Assembly: GCA_964563895.1 (NCBI GenBank) | Contig: CAZLYY010000001.1 | Span: 9,112-51,764, forward strand | Reading direction: 5' to 3' | From: an uncultured Christensenella sp. | Lineage (GTDB): Bacteria > Bacillota > Clostridia > Christensenellales > UBA1242 | Length of the DNA: 42,653 nucleotides | In this document: one piece after another, positions 34,754 through 42,653 of the stretch | How positions within the stretch are numbered: position 1 is the stretch's first letter | Layout: every line of letters starts with the position of its first letter | Program-made: the position numbers and the translations under genes | The notes under the pieces: model-generated | What the model was told of the DNA's origin: nothing | Seen by the model: only the letters and a program-made list of their open reading frames with translations | The model's database searches: none

Positions 34754-36925
34754 TTAGGCTTGCGACACTTCTTCATCAACAGCTTTGCGAATAGAAAGTC
34801 CAATGCGTTGCTTTTGAAGGTCAATATTGATTATCTTTACTTTTACAATATCCCCAACAGAAAGTTCTTCGCTTGGGTGTTTGATAAATCTATCGCAAAT
34901 CTCGCTTATATGTACCAATCCGTCTTGGTGAACACCAATGTCCACAAAAGCACCAAAGTCAATAACATTTCTCACTGTTCCACGCATAATCATTCCAACT
35001 TTTAGGTCTTCTATGCTCAAAACGTCGCTTCTAAGTTCAGGTTTTGGCAAATCATCACGAATATCTCGCCCTGGTTTTAAAAGTTCCTTGACAATGTCGT
35101 CTAGGGTAGGGACACCAACACCACATTCGCTAGCGACTTTTTCTTCGCCTTTTGCGCCAATAAGTCTAGGCAAGTCTGCCATTGCTTCTGTCCCAATATC
35201 TTTTTCCGTCATATTAAACATTTTCAAAAGTTTTTCGGTGGCGGAATAACTCTCTGGGTGAACACCTGTATTATCCAAAATGTTTTTTTCGTTTGGAATA
35301 CGAAGGAAACCTGCACATTGTTCATAGGCTTTTGCACCCAACTTGTTTACTTTCAAAAGTTGGTTACGAGTGGTAAATTTGCCATTTTCACGCCTAAAAT
35401 CAACAATGTTTTTTGCAATAGAAGCATTGAGTCCTGATACGTGTTCAAGAAGTTTATAACTTGCTGTGTTTAGGTCAACCCCTACTGAGTTGACGCAATC
35501 TTCCACAACCCCATCAAGCACAGTCGACAACCTTTTTTGTGGCATATCGTGTTGATATTGTCCAACACCAATAGATTTGACGTCAATTTTGATGAGTTCG
35601 GCAAGTGGGTCTTGTAGACGTCTTGCAATACTTACGGCACTTCTTAGACTAACATCATAGTCAGGGAATTCTTCCGCCCCCAACTTGCTTGCACTATATA
35701 CACTTGCACCTGCTTCGTTTACAACCATATATTGCACCTTTCTATCAAGTTTTTTGATAAGGTTGCTTACAAAAATCTCACTTTCCTTGCTTGCCGTTCC
35801 ATTCCCAATAGAAATAGCATCAACATTATGCTTTTTGACAAGGTCTGAAATAATTTCTTCACTTTTTTCAATTTGATTGTGTGGTGGGGTAGGGTAGATA
35901 ACTGTTTTATCAATAACATTCCCATTTTGGTCAATAACAGCAACTTTGCAACCAGTTCTATATGCTGGGTCAAGCCCCAAAATAACCTTATCTTTCAAAG
36001 GTGGTTGCATAAGAAGTGGTTTTAGGTTGACTTCAAACATTTTTATTGCTTGTTCGTTTGCTTTGTCTGTAAGTGTTGTCCTAAGTTCTCTTACAAGGGA
36101 AGGTTCAATAAGTCTTTCAAAACTATCTTTTACAACTTCTTTTATGAAATCTTCATAAGAACCATTTTTGACCAAAACTTCATCTAAAATAAGTTCTTCG
36201 CATCTTTCAAAATTTGTTTCAACATCAACTTTCAAGCAATCTTCTTTTTCGCCCCTATTTATAGCAAGTATTCTATGGCTAGGAATTTTGTTTACAGGTT
36301 CTTTGTAGTTTTCATATGTTTGATAAACAAGATATTTTTCGCCTGGCTTTAATGTCGTTACAATTTGAGCGGAATCATAAATAAATTCTCTCAAAGTTTT
36401 TCTTATTTCCGCATCATCGCTTATCATTTCTGCAATAATGTCGCTAGCACCAGCAAGTGCTTCTTTTTCGTCTTTTACACCCTTTTCTTCGCTAACATAA
36501 TCTTTTGCAAGTTCTTCCAAAGTGTGTTTATCTTTTTGTTTAAAGATAATTTCCGCAAGTGGTTTGAGCCCTTTTGCTTCTGCAATGGTTGCCCTTGTTT
36601 GTCTTTTTGGCCTAAATGGTCTATAAATATCTTCTAGTTCGGTTAGGGTAAGGGCTTTGTTTAATTTATCCATAATTTCAGGCGTCATTTTTTCTTGCCC
36701 TTCAATGAGTTTTACAATTTCTTCTTTTCTTTTTTCAAAATTTCTCAAATAGTCAAGTCTGTCTGCAAAATCTCTTATAATTTGGTCGTCAAGACTGCCG
36801 TGCATTTCCTTTCTATATCTTGCAATAAAGGGAACGGTGCAACCTTCGTCCAATAAATTTATAATATTGTTTGCATAGTCAAGCCTAATGTTAAATTCCA
36901 AACTTAATGCTTTTGCAATGTCCAT
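34754..36925 (-). CDS. tex: Tex-like transcription accessory protein (YqgF/HhH/S1 domain RNA-binding protein)
   Basis: LLDEGCTVPFIARYRKEMHGSLDD near the N-terminus, a YqgF-like region (VILGLDPAYRTGCKVAVID) and a C-terminal S1 domain (GMIMRGTVRNVIDFGAFVDIG...DGLVHISE). I chose the ATG at 36925 (SD aaagga) over the TTG at 36949. Confidence 0.9.
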   Translation of the reverse strand: MDIAKALSLEFNIRLDYANNIINLLDEGCTVPFIARYRKEMHGSLDDQIIRDFADRLDYLRNFEKRKEEIVKLIEGQEKMTPEIMDKLNKALTLTELEDIYRPFRPKRQTRATIAEAKGLKPLAEIIFKQKDKHTLEELAKDYVSEEKGVKDEKEALAGASDIIAEMISDDAEIRKTLREFIYDSAQIVTTLKPGEKYLVYQTYENYKEPVNKIPSHRILAINRGEKEDCLKVDVETNFERCEELILDEVLVKNGSYEDFIKEVVKDSFERLIEPSLVRELRTTLTDKANEQAIKMFEVNLKPLLMQPPLKDKVILGLDPAYRTGCKVAVIDQNGNVIDKTVIYPTPPHNQIEKSEEIISDLVKKHNVDAISIGNGTASKESEIFVSNLIKKLDRKVQYMVVNEAGASVYSASKLGAEEFPDYDVSLRSAVSIARRLQDPLAELIKIDVKSIGVGQYQHDMPQKRLSTVLDGVVEDCVNSVGVDLNTASYKLLEHVSGLNASIAKNIVDFRRENGKFTTRNQLLKVNKLGAKAYEQCAGFLRIPNEKNILDNTGVHPESYSATEKLLKMFNMTEKDIGTEAMADLPRLIGAKGEEKVASECGVGVPTLDDIVKELLKPGRDIRDDLPKPELRSDVLSIEDLKVGMIMRGTVRNVIDFGAFVDIGVHQDGLVHISEICDRFIKHPSEELSVGDIVKVKIINIDLQKQRIGLSIRKAVDEEVSQA

Positions 36926-36972
36926 TTTGTTATCCTTTCGTTGTGTCAAATTTTACAATATGTTAAAAAAAC

Positions 36973-38229
36973 TTAAACAAGTTTTATTTTGTGTGCTTCA
37001 AGATAATATCTCTTTTCTCTTGCTTCACCAATAGAGAATGCCTTTCTTGGCAAAACTCCGTGTTTTATAACAAATTCAAAGAGTTGTGTCTTGTCAAGGG
37101 TAGGGAGTGTTATCCCAACTGCCTTTTTGTCCTTGTTGCAAATCTCTTTCAAAGAGTCAAGCCCGTGAATGTAGTCCACAGTCATTTCAAGTTCGTCTGC
37201 AAGACATTTGTCAATATATTCTTGCACCATTTTTATTGCAAGTGGTGTGTTGTTTGGCAAAGAGAATGTTTCTTCTTTCCCGTTTACAATAAGGGTTTGA
37301 GTTATCAAATCTTTTTCGTCAACATTGTTGTCTTTTGCAAGTTTTTTAAGCCCTTTTACAAATTTGCCAGAAGCATTTTTTACAACTCTAAATATTGGGC
37401 TAAACTCAATGCCTGCATCGTGAATGTTGACAACTTCAACAAGTGCATATCTTGCTGGGTGGCTGTCCAAAAGTTCTGCTGGCAAAGTTGCTTTCAATCT
37501 ATTCCAATGTTCTTTTGCTGTTGCCAAACTATGATTGCCATCACCCACTGCAAAAAGGAGTGGTGTTTCGCTATTAAATGCTTTTTTGAGATACTCTGGT
37601 GCTAAAAGTTTGTCAAATTTTGCAATGACACTATCAACATCTTTTATTTTGTATCCTTCAAGGTGTCCACCTTCCATATTTAGATTGAAATCATACACTT
37701 TTTCAAGTTGATTCCTATTTTGATACAATGTGTCTGCGATATGTTCATCTCTATCATCATACAAAAGCATAATGTGAGGGAATTCAAAGATAGAGTCTTT
37801 TCTTATTTCAACTCTTGGCGGAATTCTTTCAATAATAGTCCCTTCTGTTGCCTTGATAAGTGCTGGCACGTCTGGTCTAAAATCATAAGTTTCAAGGTCA
37901 ACGTTTAGCATAATTCCTAGTCTTTTTGGGTGCAATTTTGTAGAACGATTGACAAGTATCATACAATTGCCTTCATCTTCAAGAAGTTTTTTGTCATAAT
38001 ACTCTTTCATTTTATTGTTGATTTGCTTTATTCTTTCGCTATTATCCTTGCTTAGATAAAGTTCTGGGAAAATAAGGTCAAGTGTTGTTGGAGCACCGTC
38101 CACATAACTCTTGAGAGTCTCCCAATATTCTGGCTCGCTTGTAAATTGGTCGCAAGCAATGACCGCCCACTTAGACATATCAAAGTTCTTTCGTGGTAAA
38201 TAAATGTGTTGTTTTTTTATAATTGACAT
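36973..38229 (-). CDS. DUF1015 family protein
   Basis: ~418 aa. WAVIACDQFTSEPEYW..., AVGDGNHSLATAK and PARYALVEVVNIHD are strings I associate with DUF1015. I chose the ATG at 38229 with SD aggagaga; the track ORF adds 20 codons upstream. Confidence 0.6.
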   Translation of the reverse strand: MSIIKKQHIYLPRKNFDMSKWAVIACDQFTSEPEYWETLKSYVDGAPTTLDLIFPELYLSKDNSERIKQINNKMKEYYDKKLLEDEGNCMILVNRSTKLHPKRLGIMLNVDLETYDFRPDVPALIKATEGTIIERIPPRVEIRKDSIFEFPHIMLLYDDRDEHIADTLYQNRNQLEKVYDFNLNMEGGHLEGYKIKDVDSVIAKFDKLLAPEYLKKAFNSETPLLFAVGDGNHSLATAKEHWNRLKATLPAELLDSHPARYALVEVVNIHDAGIEFSPIFRVVKNASGKFVKGLKKLAKDNNVDEKDLITQTLIVNGKEETFSLPNNTPLAIKMVQEYIDKCLADELEMTVDYIHGLDSLKEICNKDKKAVGITLPTLDKTQLFEFVIKHGVLPRKAFSIGEAREKRYYLEAHKIKLV

Positions 38230-38463
38230 TTGTCTCTCCTTTTTTATAAAACTTTGGCAAAATTGCTTTATTGCCACAATTTTTGCCACAATTTACACTC
38301 TTTTACTATATCACTAATAAAGCAAATTTCAAAAAGATTTTCATTGTTTTAATAAAAAGAAAATATATAAATTTTTTAGACGTAATTATTGCTATATTTT
38401 TATTTTGTTATGGATAAATTCTAATATTTTTCAATTTAACATATATATGTGTAGGCGGTGTGT

Positions 38464-38727
38464 ATGTTTTTTTTACTTGATGAAATTTCAAAAATGAGTG
38501 GACTTCCTTTGGATATGATAAACAAAGGTTTTAGGATAATAAATTTTTGCAACAAGGCTGTGTATGTAGAAGGTTACACCGCCTTGATAGATGTAAATTT
38601 AAACGAAATTGGCATAAAACTCAAAAAAGGACTTATCAAACTCAATGGGGACGATTTGAAAATAAAAAATATGACACTTGACACTCTTCTTGTAACGGGC
38701 GACATTAGACAAATTGAAATGGGGTAA
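38464..38727 (+). CDS. yqfC: Sporulation protein YqfC (YabP/YqfC family)
   Basis: ...LPLDMINKGFRIINFCNKAVYVEGYTALIDVNLNEIGIKLKKGLIKLNGDDLKIKNMTLDTLLVTGDIRQIE matches the YqfC layout and is followed by yqfD. The exact start is uncertain (GTG 38458, ATG 38464 or ATG 38494). Confidence 0.7.
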   Translation: MFFLLDEISKMSGLPLDMINKGFRIINFCNKAVYVEGYTALIDVNLNEIGIKLKKGLIKLNGDDLKIKNMTLDTLLVTGDIRQIEMG

Positions 38728-38729
38728 AA

Positions 38730-39623
38730 ATGGCAAAAACTCTTTATAGAATAACGGGACTAAATTTTAAAAAGTTTTTAAACGAACTCAAAAAAAACAA
38801 AATAACAATTTTGTGCCTTACAAAAATAGACTACAATCAATTTGAAATTATGGTAGACAACTCTCAACGATTTTTGTCTATTTGCAAAGATTTTAAATAC
38901 AAAGTGGACGAAGTAAAATTGTCAAAAAAAGAAAAATTTTTGCGACTATTCAAAAGAAACTTTATTTTTGTTTTGCTTTCAATCATTATTTGTTTTTCTA
39001 TTTGCTTTTCGTCAAATTTTGTGTTTAGAGTGGAAATTTATGGACTTGAAAGCGTAGACAAAGAAGAAATTGTAAATGTTTTAAATAAAAATGGTTACAA
39101 GGTTGGACAATTAAAAAACAAGTACGATTTGGACAATATACAACCAATTTTGGTTAAAAATATAGATAAAATAAGTTATGCAACGGGGATAATAAAGGGA
39201 AGTACTCTTGTTGTTAGTGTTTATGAAAAAATTGACAACAGCCCCTATATTTATGACTATTTGCCCATTTTTGCCCCTTTTGATTGTATTGTAAAAGAGA
39301 TTTCTTTGGTGTCTGGGACGATAAAAGTTGCACAAAACGAAATGGCAAAAGCGGGGGACACAATAATTGCCCCTTATGTTGAAACAAAAGATTTCAAATG
39401 CTTGCCAATTCCTGCCAAAGCACAAATAAAAGCCTATGTTGAGATAAAAGAAAATATCCAAGTGGACAAAAATTTGGATAATGTGCAAAATTTAATTGAA
39501 GAATTGAAAAAAAAGTTGTATAATACCTTATCTTGCAAGGTTAAATCATATATTGTTGATGAAGAAATCGTGCAAGAGAACAATCTTTTGACCGTAAAAT
39601 TGTATGGTACAATTGAGTTTTAA
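38730..39623 (+). CDS. yqfD: Sporulation protein YqfD
   Basis: ITGLNFKKFLNELKKNKITI..., a central TM (FIFVLLSIIICFSICF), then FRVEIYGLESVDKEEIVNVLNKNGYKVG. This is collinear with B. subtilis YqfD, though shorter (297 aa). Confidence 0.7.
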   Translation: MAKTLYRITGLNFKKFLNELKKNKITILCLTKIDYNQFEIMVDNSQRFLSICKDFKYKVDEVKLSKKEKFLRLFKRNFIFVLLSIIICFSICFSSNFVFRVEIYGLESVDKEEIVNVLNKNGYKVGQLKNKYDLDNIQPILVKNIDKISYATGIIKGSTLVVSVYEKIDNSPYIYDYLPIFAPFDCIVKEISLVSGTIKVAQNEMAKAGDTIIAPYVETKDFKCLPIPAKAQIKAYVEIKENIQVDKNLDNVQNLIEELKKKLYNTLSCKVKSYIVDEEIVQENNLLTVKLYGTIEF

Positions 39624-39643
39624 AAAGTGGTGAAAATATATAA

Positions 39644-40117
39644 ATGAACGTATTATTGGTAGTTGATATGCAAAATGGTTTCATAAAAGATGACAAGCAT
39701 AAAGAGTTAAGCAAGAAGATTGAAAAACTTGTAAATTCCAATGCTTATGATAAAATTTTTGCCACAAAATTTGTCAATGATAGGACTAAAAACTCTTTGT
39801 ACGAAGACAAACTTAATTGGAAAGAACTCAAAACAAAGGTTGAACAAGATTTTTCGCTTACTTTTCCCAAAAATGTTGTAGTGTTTGAAAAAAATACTTA
39901 TGGACTAAATCAAAAAGATTTAAAGACACTTAAATCTCTTAAAATAGACAAAATTGACATTTGCGGTGTAGAGTCAGATGCTTGTGTGTATGCTATTGCA
40001 TTGCAATTGTGGGATATGGGGATTTATCCAAACATTTTGATTAACTATGTTTTGGGCAATATTGATATGAAACCTGTATTTTTGTGGCAATTTGGCAAAG
40101 TGGACGAAAGGAAATAA
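39644..40117 (+). CDS. Isochorismatase-family cysteine hydrolase
   Basis: LLVVDMQNGF (catalytic Asp region) and ICGVESDACV (catalytic Cys). 157 aa. Confidence 0.7.
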   Translation: MNVLLVVDMQNGFIKDDKHKELSKKIEKLVNSNAYDKIFATKFVNDRTKNSLYEDKLNWKELKTKVEQDFSLTFPKNVVVFEKNTYGLNQKDLKTLKSLKIDKIDICGVESDACVYAIALQLWDMGIYPNILINYVLGNIDMKPVFLWQFGKVDERK

Positions 40118-40173
40118 AGTTAAAAAATTGTTTTATAAAACAAATTAAACGAAAGAACAAAGGATTATATAAA

Positions 40174-40674
40174 ATGAAAGTATTTATAAATGATTATGCA
40201 TTATCAAAAAATTTTAAAAAACTTATTATAAAATTGTTAAAAACAGCAAACAAATATTCAAAATTCAATCAAAGAAAAGTGCAAGTTGAGATAAGTTTTG
40301 TAGACAAGGAACAAATTAGGCTTCTTAACAAGAAGGAAAGAAACGTAGACAAAGCAACCGATGTATTGTCTTTTCCAACTCTCAACCTAAAACCTATGCA
40401 AAAAATAAAAATAAAAGATTTCAAAGATGATATTGACCAAGAAACAAAGCACCTTATGTTGGGCGATATTATTATTTGTGAAGATGTTGCAAAGAAAAAT
40501 GCCGAAGAATATGGACATTCGTACGAAAGAGAACTTTGTTATCTCATTGTCCACGGCTTTTTGCATTTGCTTGGCTATGACCATATGGAAGAAGACGACA
40601 AAAAGGTTATGCGTGCTTTGGAAGAAGCGGTTTTGAAAAAATATAAAATTACAAGGGAACAAAATGAAGATTAA
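40174..40674 (+). CDS. ybeY: Endoribonuclease YbeY (rRNA maturation)
   Basis: DVLSFP, GDIIIC and HGFLHLLGYDH (the H3xH5xH zinc motif). I chose the ATG at 40174; the track ORF starts 30 codons earlier and overlaps the previous gene. Confidence 0.9.
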   Translation: MKVFINDYALSKNFKKLIIKLLKTANKYSKFNQRKVQVEISFVDKEQIRLLNKKERNVDKATDVLSFPTLNLKPMQKIKIKDFKDDIDQETKHLMLGDIIICEDVAKKNAEEYGHSYERELCYLIVHGFLHLLGYDHMEEDDKKVMRALEEAVLKKYKITREQNED

Positions 40675-41566
40675 ATGTGGTGTTGTGGGGGTTGTAGGGC
40701 TTCCAAATGCGGGGAAGAGTAGCCTTGTCAATGCCCTTATACAAGAAAAAGTGTCCATTGTTTCGCCCAAGCCACAAACTACACGAAACAATGTTATGGG
40801 GATATACAATGACGACAATTCTCAAATTGTTTTTGTAGACACTCCGGGGCTAAACAAAGCGGATAGCGGGCTTGGTGATTATATGCAAAAAAGCATAAAA
40901 GGTGCTGTGAGTGATGTAAGTGCCGTTTGTCTTGTTGTGGATATTGAAAAGGGTGTTACAAAAAAAGATTTGCAACTTATAGACAATTTTTATGCGTCCA
41001 AAACCCCTGTTGTTGTGGTTTTGTCCAAAACAGACCTTGTAAGTGCCGAAAAGGTTGCAAAAACGCTTGAAAGTTTTGTCCCAATTATAGACAAATGCGA
41101 AGTTGTGCCTGTTTCTAGTTTGAAACATAAAAATCTTGACACTTTGCTTGAAGTTGTCAAAAAATATTTGCCAGAAGTTGAAGATGACGAAAAACTTTTT
41201 GACGAAGATTATTACACCGACAAGCCCCTTAATTTTTTGGTGGCGGAAATTGTGAGAGAAAAGGCTCTTTATTTGTTGAATGACGAAATCCCGCATGGGA
41301 TAGCGGTTAAAGTGGAAAGTTTCAAGGAAGACGACACTTTGTGCACAATAGATTGCCTTATCGTTTGCGAAAAAGATTCTCACAAAGCAATTATCCTTGG
41401 CAAACAAGGGGAAATGATAAAAAAAATAGGGCATAATGCACGAGTAACCATACAAAAAATCATTCAAAAAAAGGTTATTCTTAATTTATTTGTCAAAGTT
41501 AAACGAAATTGGCAAAATAATTTGGAGTTTTTGGATAGTTTGGGTTATAATATAAAAGACCTATGA
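40664..41566 (+). CDS. era: GTPase Era
   Basis: G1 GLPNAGKSSL, G3 DTPG, G4 SKTD and a C-terminal KH domain (AIILGKQGEMIKKIG). It overlaps the ybeY end by 11 nt. Confidence 0.93.
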   Translation: MKIKCGVVGVVGLPNAGKSSLVNALIQEKVSIVSPKPQTTRNNVMGIYNDDNSQIVFVDTPGLNKADSGLGDYMQKSIKGAVSDVSAVCLVVDIEKGVTKKDLQLIDNFYASKTPVVVVLSKTDLVSAEKVAKTLESFVPIIDKCEVVPVSSLKHKNLDTLLEVVKKYLPEVEDDEKLFDEDYYTDKPLNFLVAEIVREKALYLLNDEIPHGIAVKVESFKEDDTLCTIDCLIVCEKDSHKAIILGKQGEMIKKIGHNARVTIQKIIQKKVILNLFVKVKRNWQNNLEFLDSLGYNIKDL

Positions 41567-41696
41567 GATTGTTTTAATTTCAATCAATTTGTGTCATAAA
41601 TATATTTTGATATCAAATCAAGATGCAAAAGTATAAATTTTTGAAAATTTTCACATACTAGCGAAGGACAAAGTGTTTTATAAAAGGGGAAAGTCT

Positions 41697-41900
41697 ATGG
41701 AAAAAGAATTGGAAGATAATCAACCAAATTACAAGTTGGGTAAAGTTTTAGATGGACTTTTTTATAAAACTGGGAACTTAGGTTTTAAAGTTTTGGGAGA
41801 ATTGATGTCCACATCTGAAAAAAATTTTGAAAATTATTTGGTAACACTTGAAAAATTCTGTGAAAAAGATAAAGATTTTGATAGTTGCCCAAATTTATAA
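41697..41900 (+). CDS. Small hypothetical protein in the era-recO gap (the position of YqzL in B. subtilis)
   Basis: SD aaaagggg lies before the ATG at 41697. 67 aa. The only support is its position between era and recO plus a weak FYKTGNLGFKVLGE resemblance to YqzL-type strings. Confidence 0.3.
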   Translation: MEKELEDNQPNYKLGKVLDGLFYKTGNLGFKVLGELMSTSEKNFENYLVTLEKFCEKDKDFDSCPNL

Positions 41901-41936
41901 AATCTAATCTAAGAATAACAGTTTGTATAAGATATT

Positions 41937-42653
41937 ATGGATAAAATCGTAAAAGGTATTGTTTTAAAGGCAAAGGACTATAAAGAAAATGACAAATTAC
42001 TCACACTTTTAACCTTGGAAGAAGGGAAAATTGTTGTGCGTGCAAGGGGAGTAAAAAAGGCAACTTCAAAATTGAAAGCCTTTTGTCAAGTTTTTTGTTT
42101 TGGCGAGTTTGAACTTGTAAATGGCAAGCCTTTTTTTATTTTGTCTGGGGTTAAAACTTTTGATAACTTTTATTCGCTCACAACAGATTATGACAAGTTC
42201 GTTTTGTCTAGCCTAGTCCCCCTTTTGCTTGACAAAATTTGTGTTGAAAACACAATGTATTCAAATCTTTTTTTGAGTGCAATAAAAACTCTTTCTCTTG
42301 TCAATCTTGATGCCGTTTCGCCACATTTGGCACTTACAAAATTTTTTTTAGATACACTTTACTACGAAGGTGTTTCCTTTGACTTTTTTCAATGTTCTAG
42401 TTGTGGGGATGCTTTAAACAACAAAATTTTTCTTGACCTTGATAGTGGGGAATTTGTGTGCGGAAGTTGTCTTTCAACGGGGAATTTTGTAGAGATAACC
42501 CTTGGTATGCTATCTGGACTAAAAATGATAAATGACACAAGTTTTGACAAGTTGCAAACAATAAAACTCAACAAAACTTTGCTTGAAAAAATCTTTGTTG
42601 TTTTGCTTAAAGATATAGCCAATAGATTTGATATAAATTACAATTTGTTAAAA
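41937..42653 (+). CDS. recO: DNA repair protein RecO, lacking a stop inside the window
   Basis: Own translation: MDKIVKGIVLKAKDYKENDKLLTLLTLEEGKIVVRARGVKKATSKLKAFCQVFCFGEFEL... (OB fold) and the zinc-finger-like CSSCGDALNNKIFLDLDSGEFVCGSC. It is not in the ORF track because it runs to the window end. Confidence 0.85.
   Translation, partial: MDKIVKGIVLKAKDYKENDKLLTLLTLEEGKIVVRARGVKKATSKLKAFCQVFCFGEFELVNGKPFFILSGVKTFDNFYSLTTDYDKFVLSSLVPLLLDKICVENTMYSNLFLSAIKTLSLVNLDAVSPHLALTKFFLDTLYYEGVSFDFFQCSSCGDALNNKIFLDLDSGEFVCGSCLSTGNFVEITLGMLSGLKMINDTSFDKLQTIKLNKTLLEKIFVVLLKDIANRFDINYNLLK

Noticed and set aside
1-42653. CRISPR arrays, rRNA or tRNA genes, IS elements or transposases
   Set aside because: Reading all intergenic regions showed no regularly spaced direct repeats, no rRNA- or tRNA-like conserved strings, and no transposase- or integrase-like ORFs.

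Overview
AT-rich (roughly one-third GC by eye) Firmicutes/Clostridia-type chromosomal segment from an apparent endospore former (pro-sigma-K, yqfC, yqfD, NodB-type deacetylase). Most of it is housekeeping: murG (partial), floA, a type IIA topoisomerase B/A pair, a tandem-OB SSB-like gene plus recJ, rpsO-pnp, rnj (RNase J), rnpB (RNase P RNA), sigK, rarA, a lipoprotein, tex, DUF1015, and yqfC-yqfD-(cysteine hydrolase)-ybeY-era-(small ORF)-recO (partial). Two things are not explained by ordinary annotation. (1) Between pnp and rnj (about 16.4-27.2 kb) lies a compact phage-derived island. It encodes a sigma-region-4-like regulator, TerL, portal, scaffold, major capsid, three further structural ORFs in P22 gene order (adaptor-sized and tail-hub-sized), and a BhlA/UviB-type holin-like pair. 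It has no integrase, repressor, replication genes, recognisable TerS, tail needle/fibre/tailspike or endolysin, yet every ORF is intact. This is a candidate domesticated head/neck-only particle system (GTA-like or capsid-forming-island-like). (2) Three intergenic nested-palindrome elements (28495-28596, 30795-30930, 32292-32405) share one architecture: a 12-14 bp closing helix around three near-perfect hairpins (four-way junction). They share almost no sequence. Two of them bracket the rnj coding region and one is a GC-rich island between sigK and rarA. Also notable are long Lys-rich low-complexity N-terminal extensions on the topoisomerase A subunit and on RNase J, and probable leaderless promoters at floA and recJ. 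No CRISPR array, tRNA or rRNA was seen.
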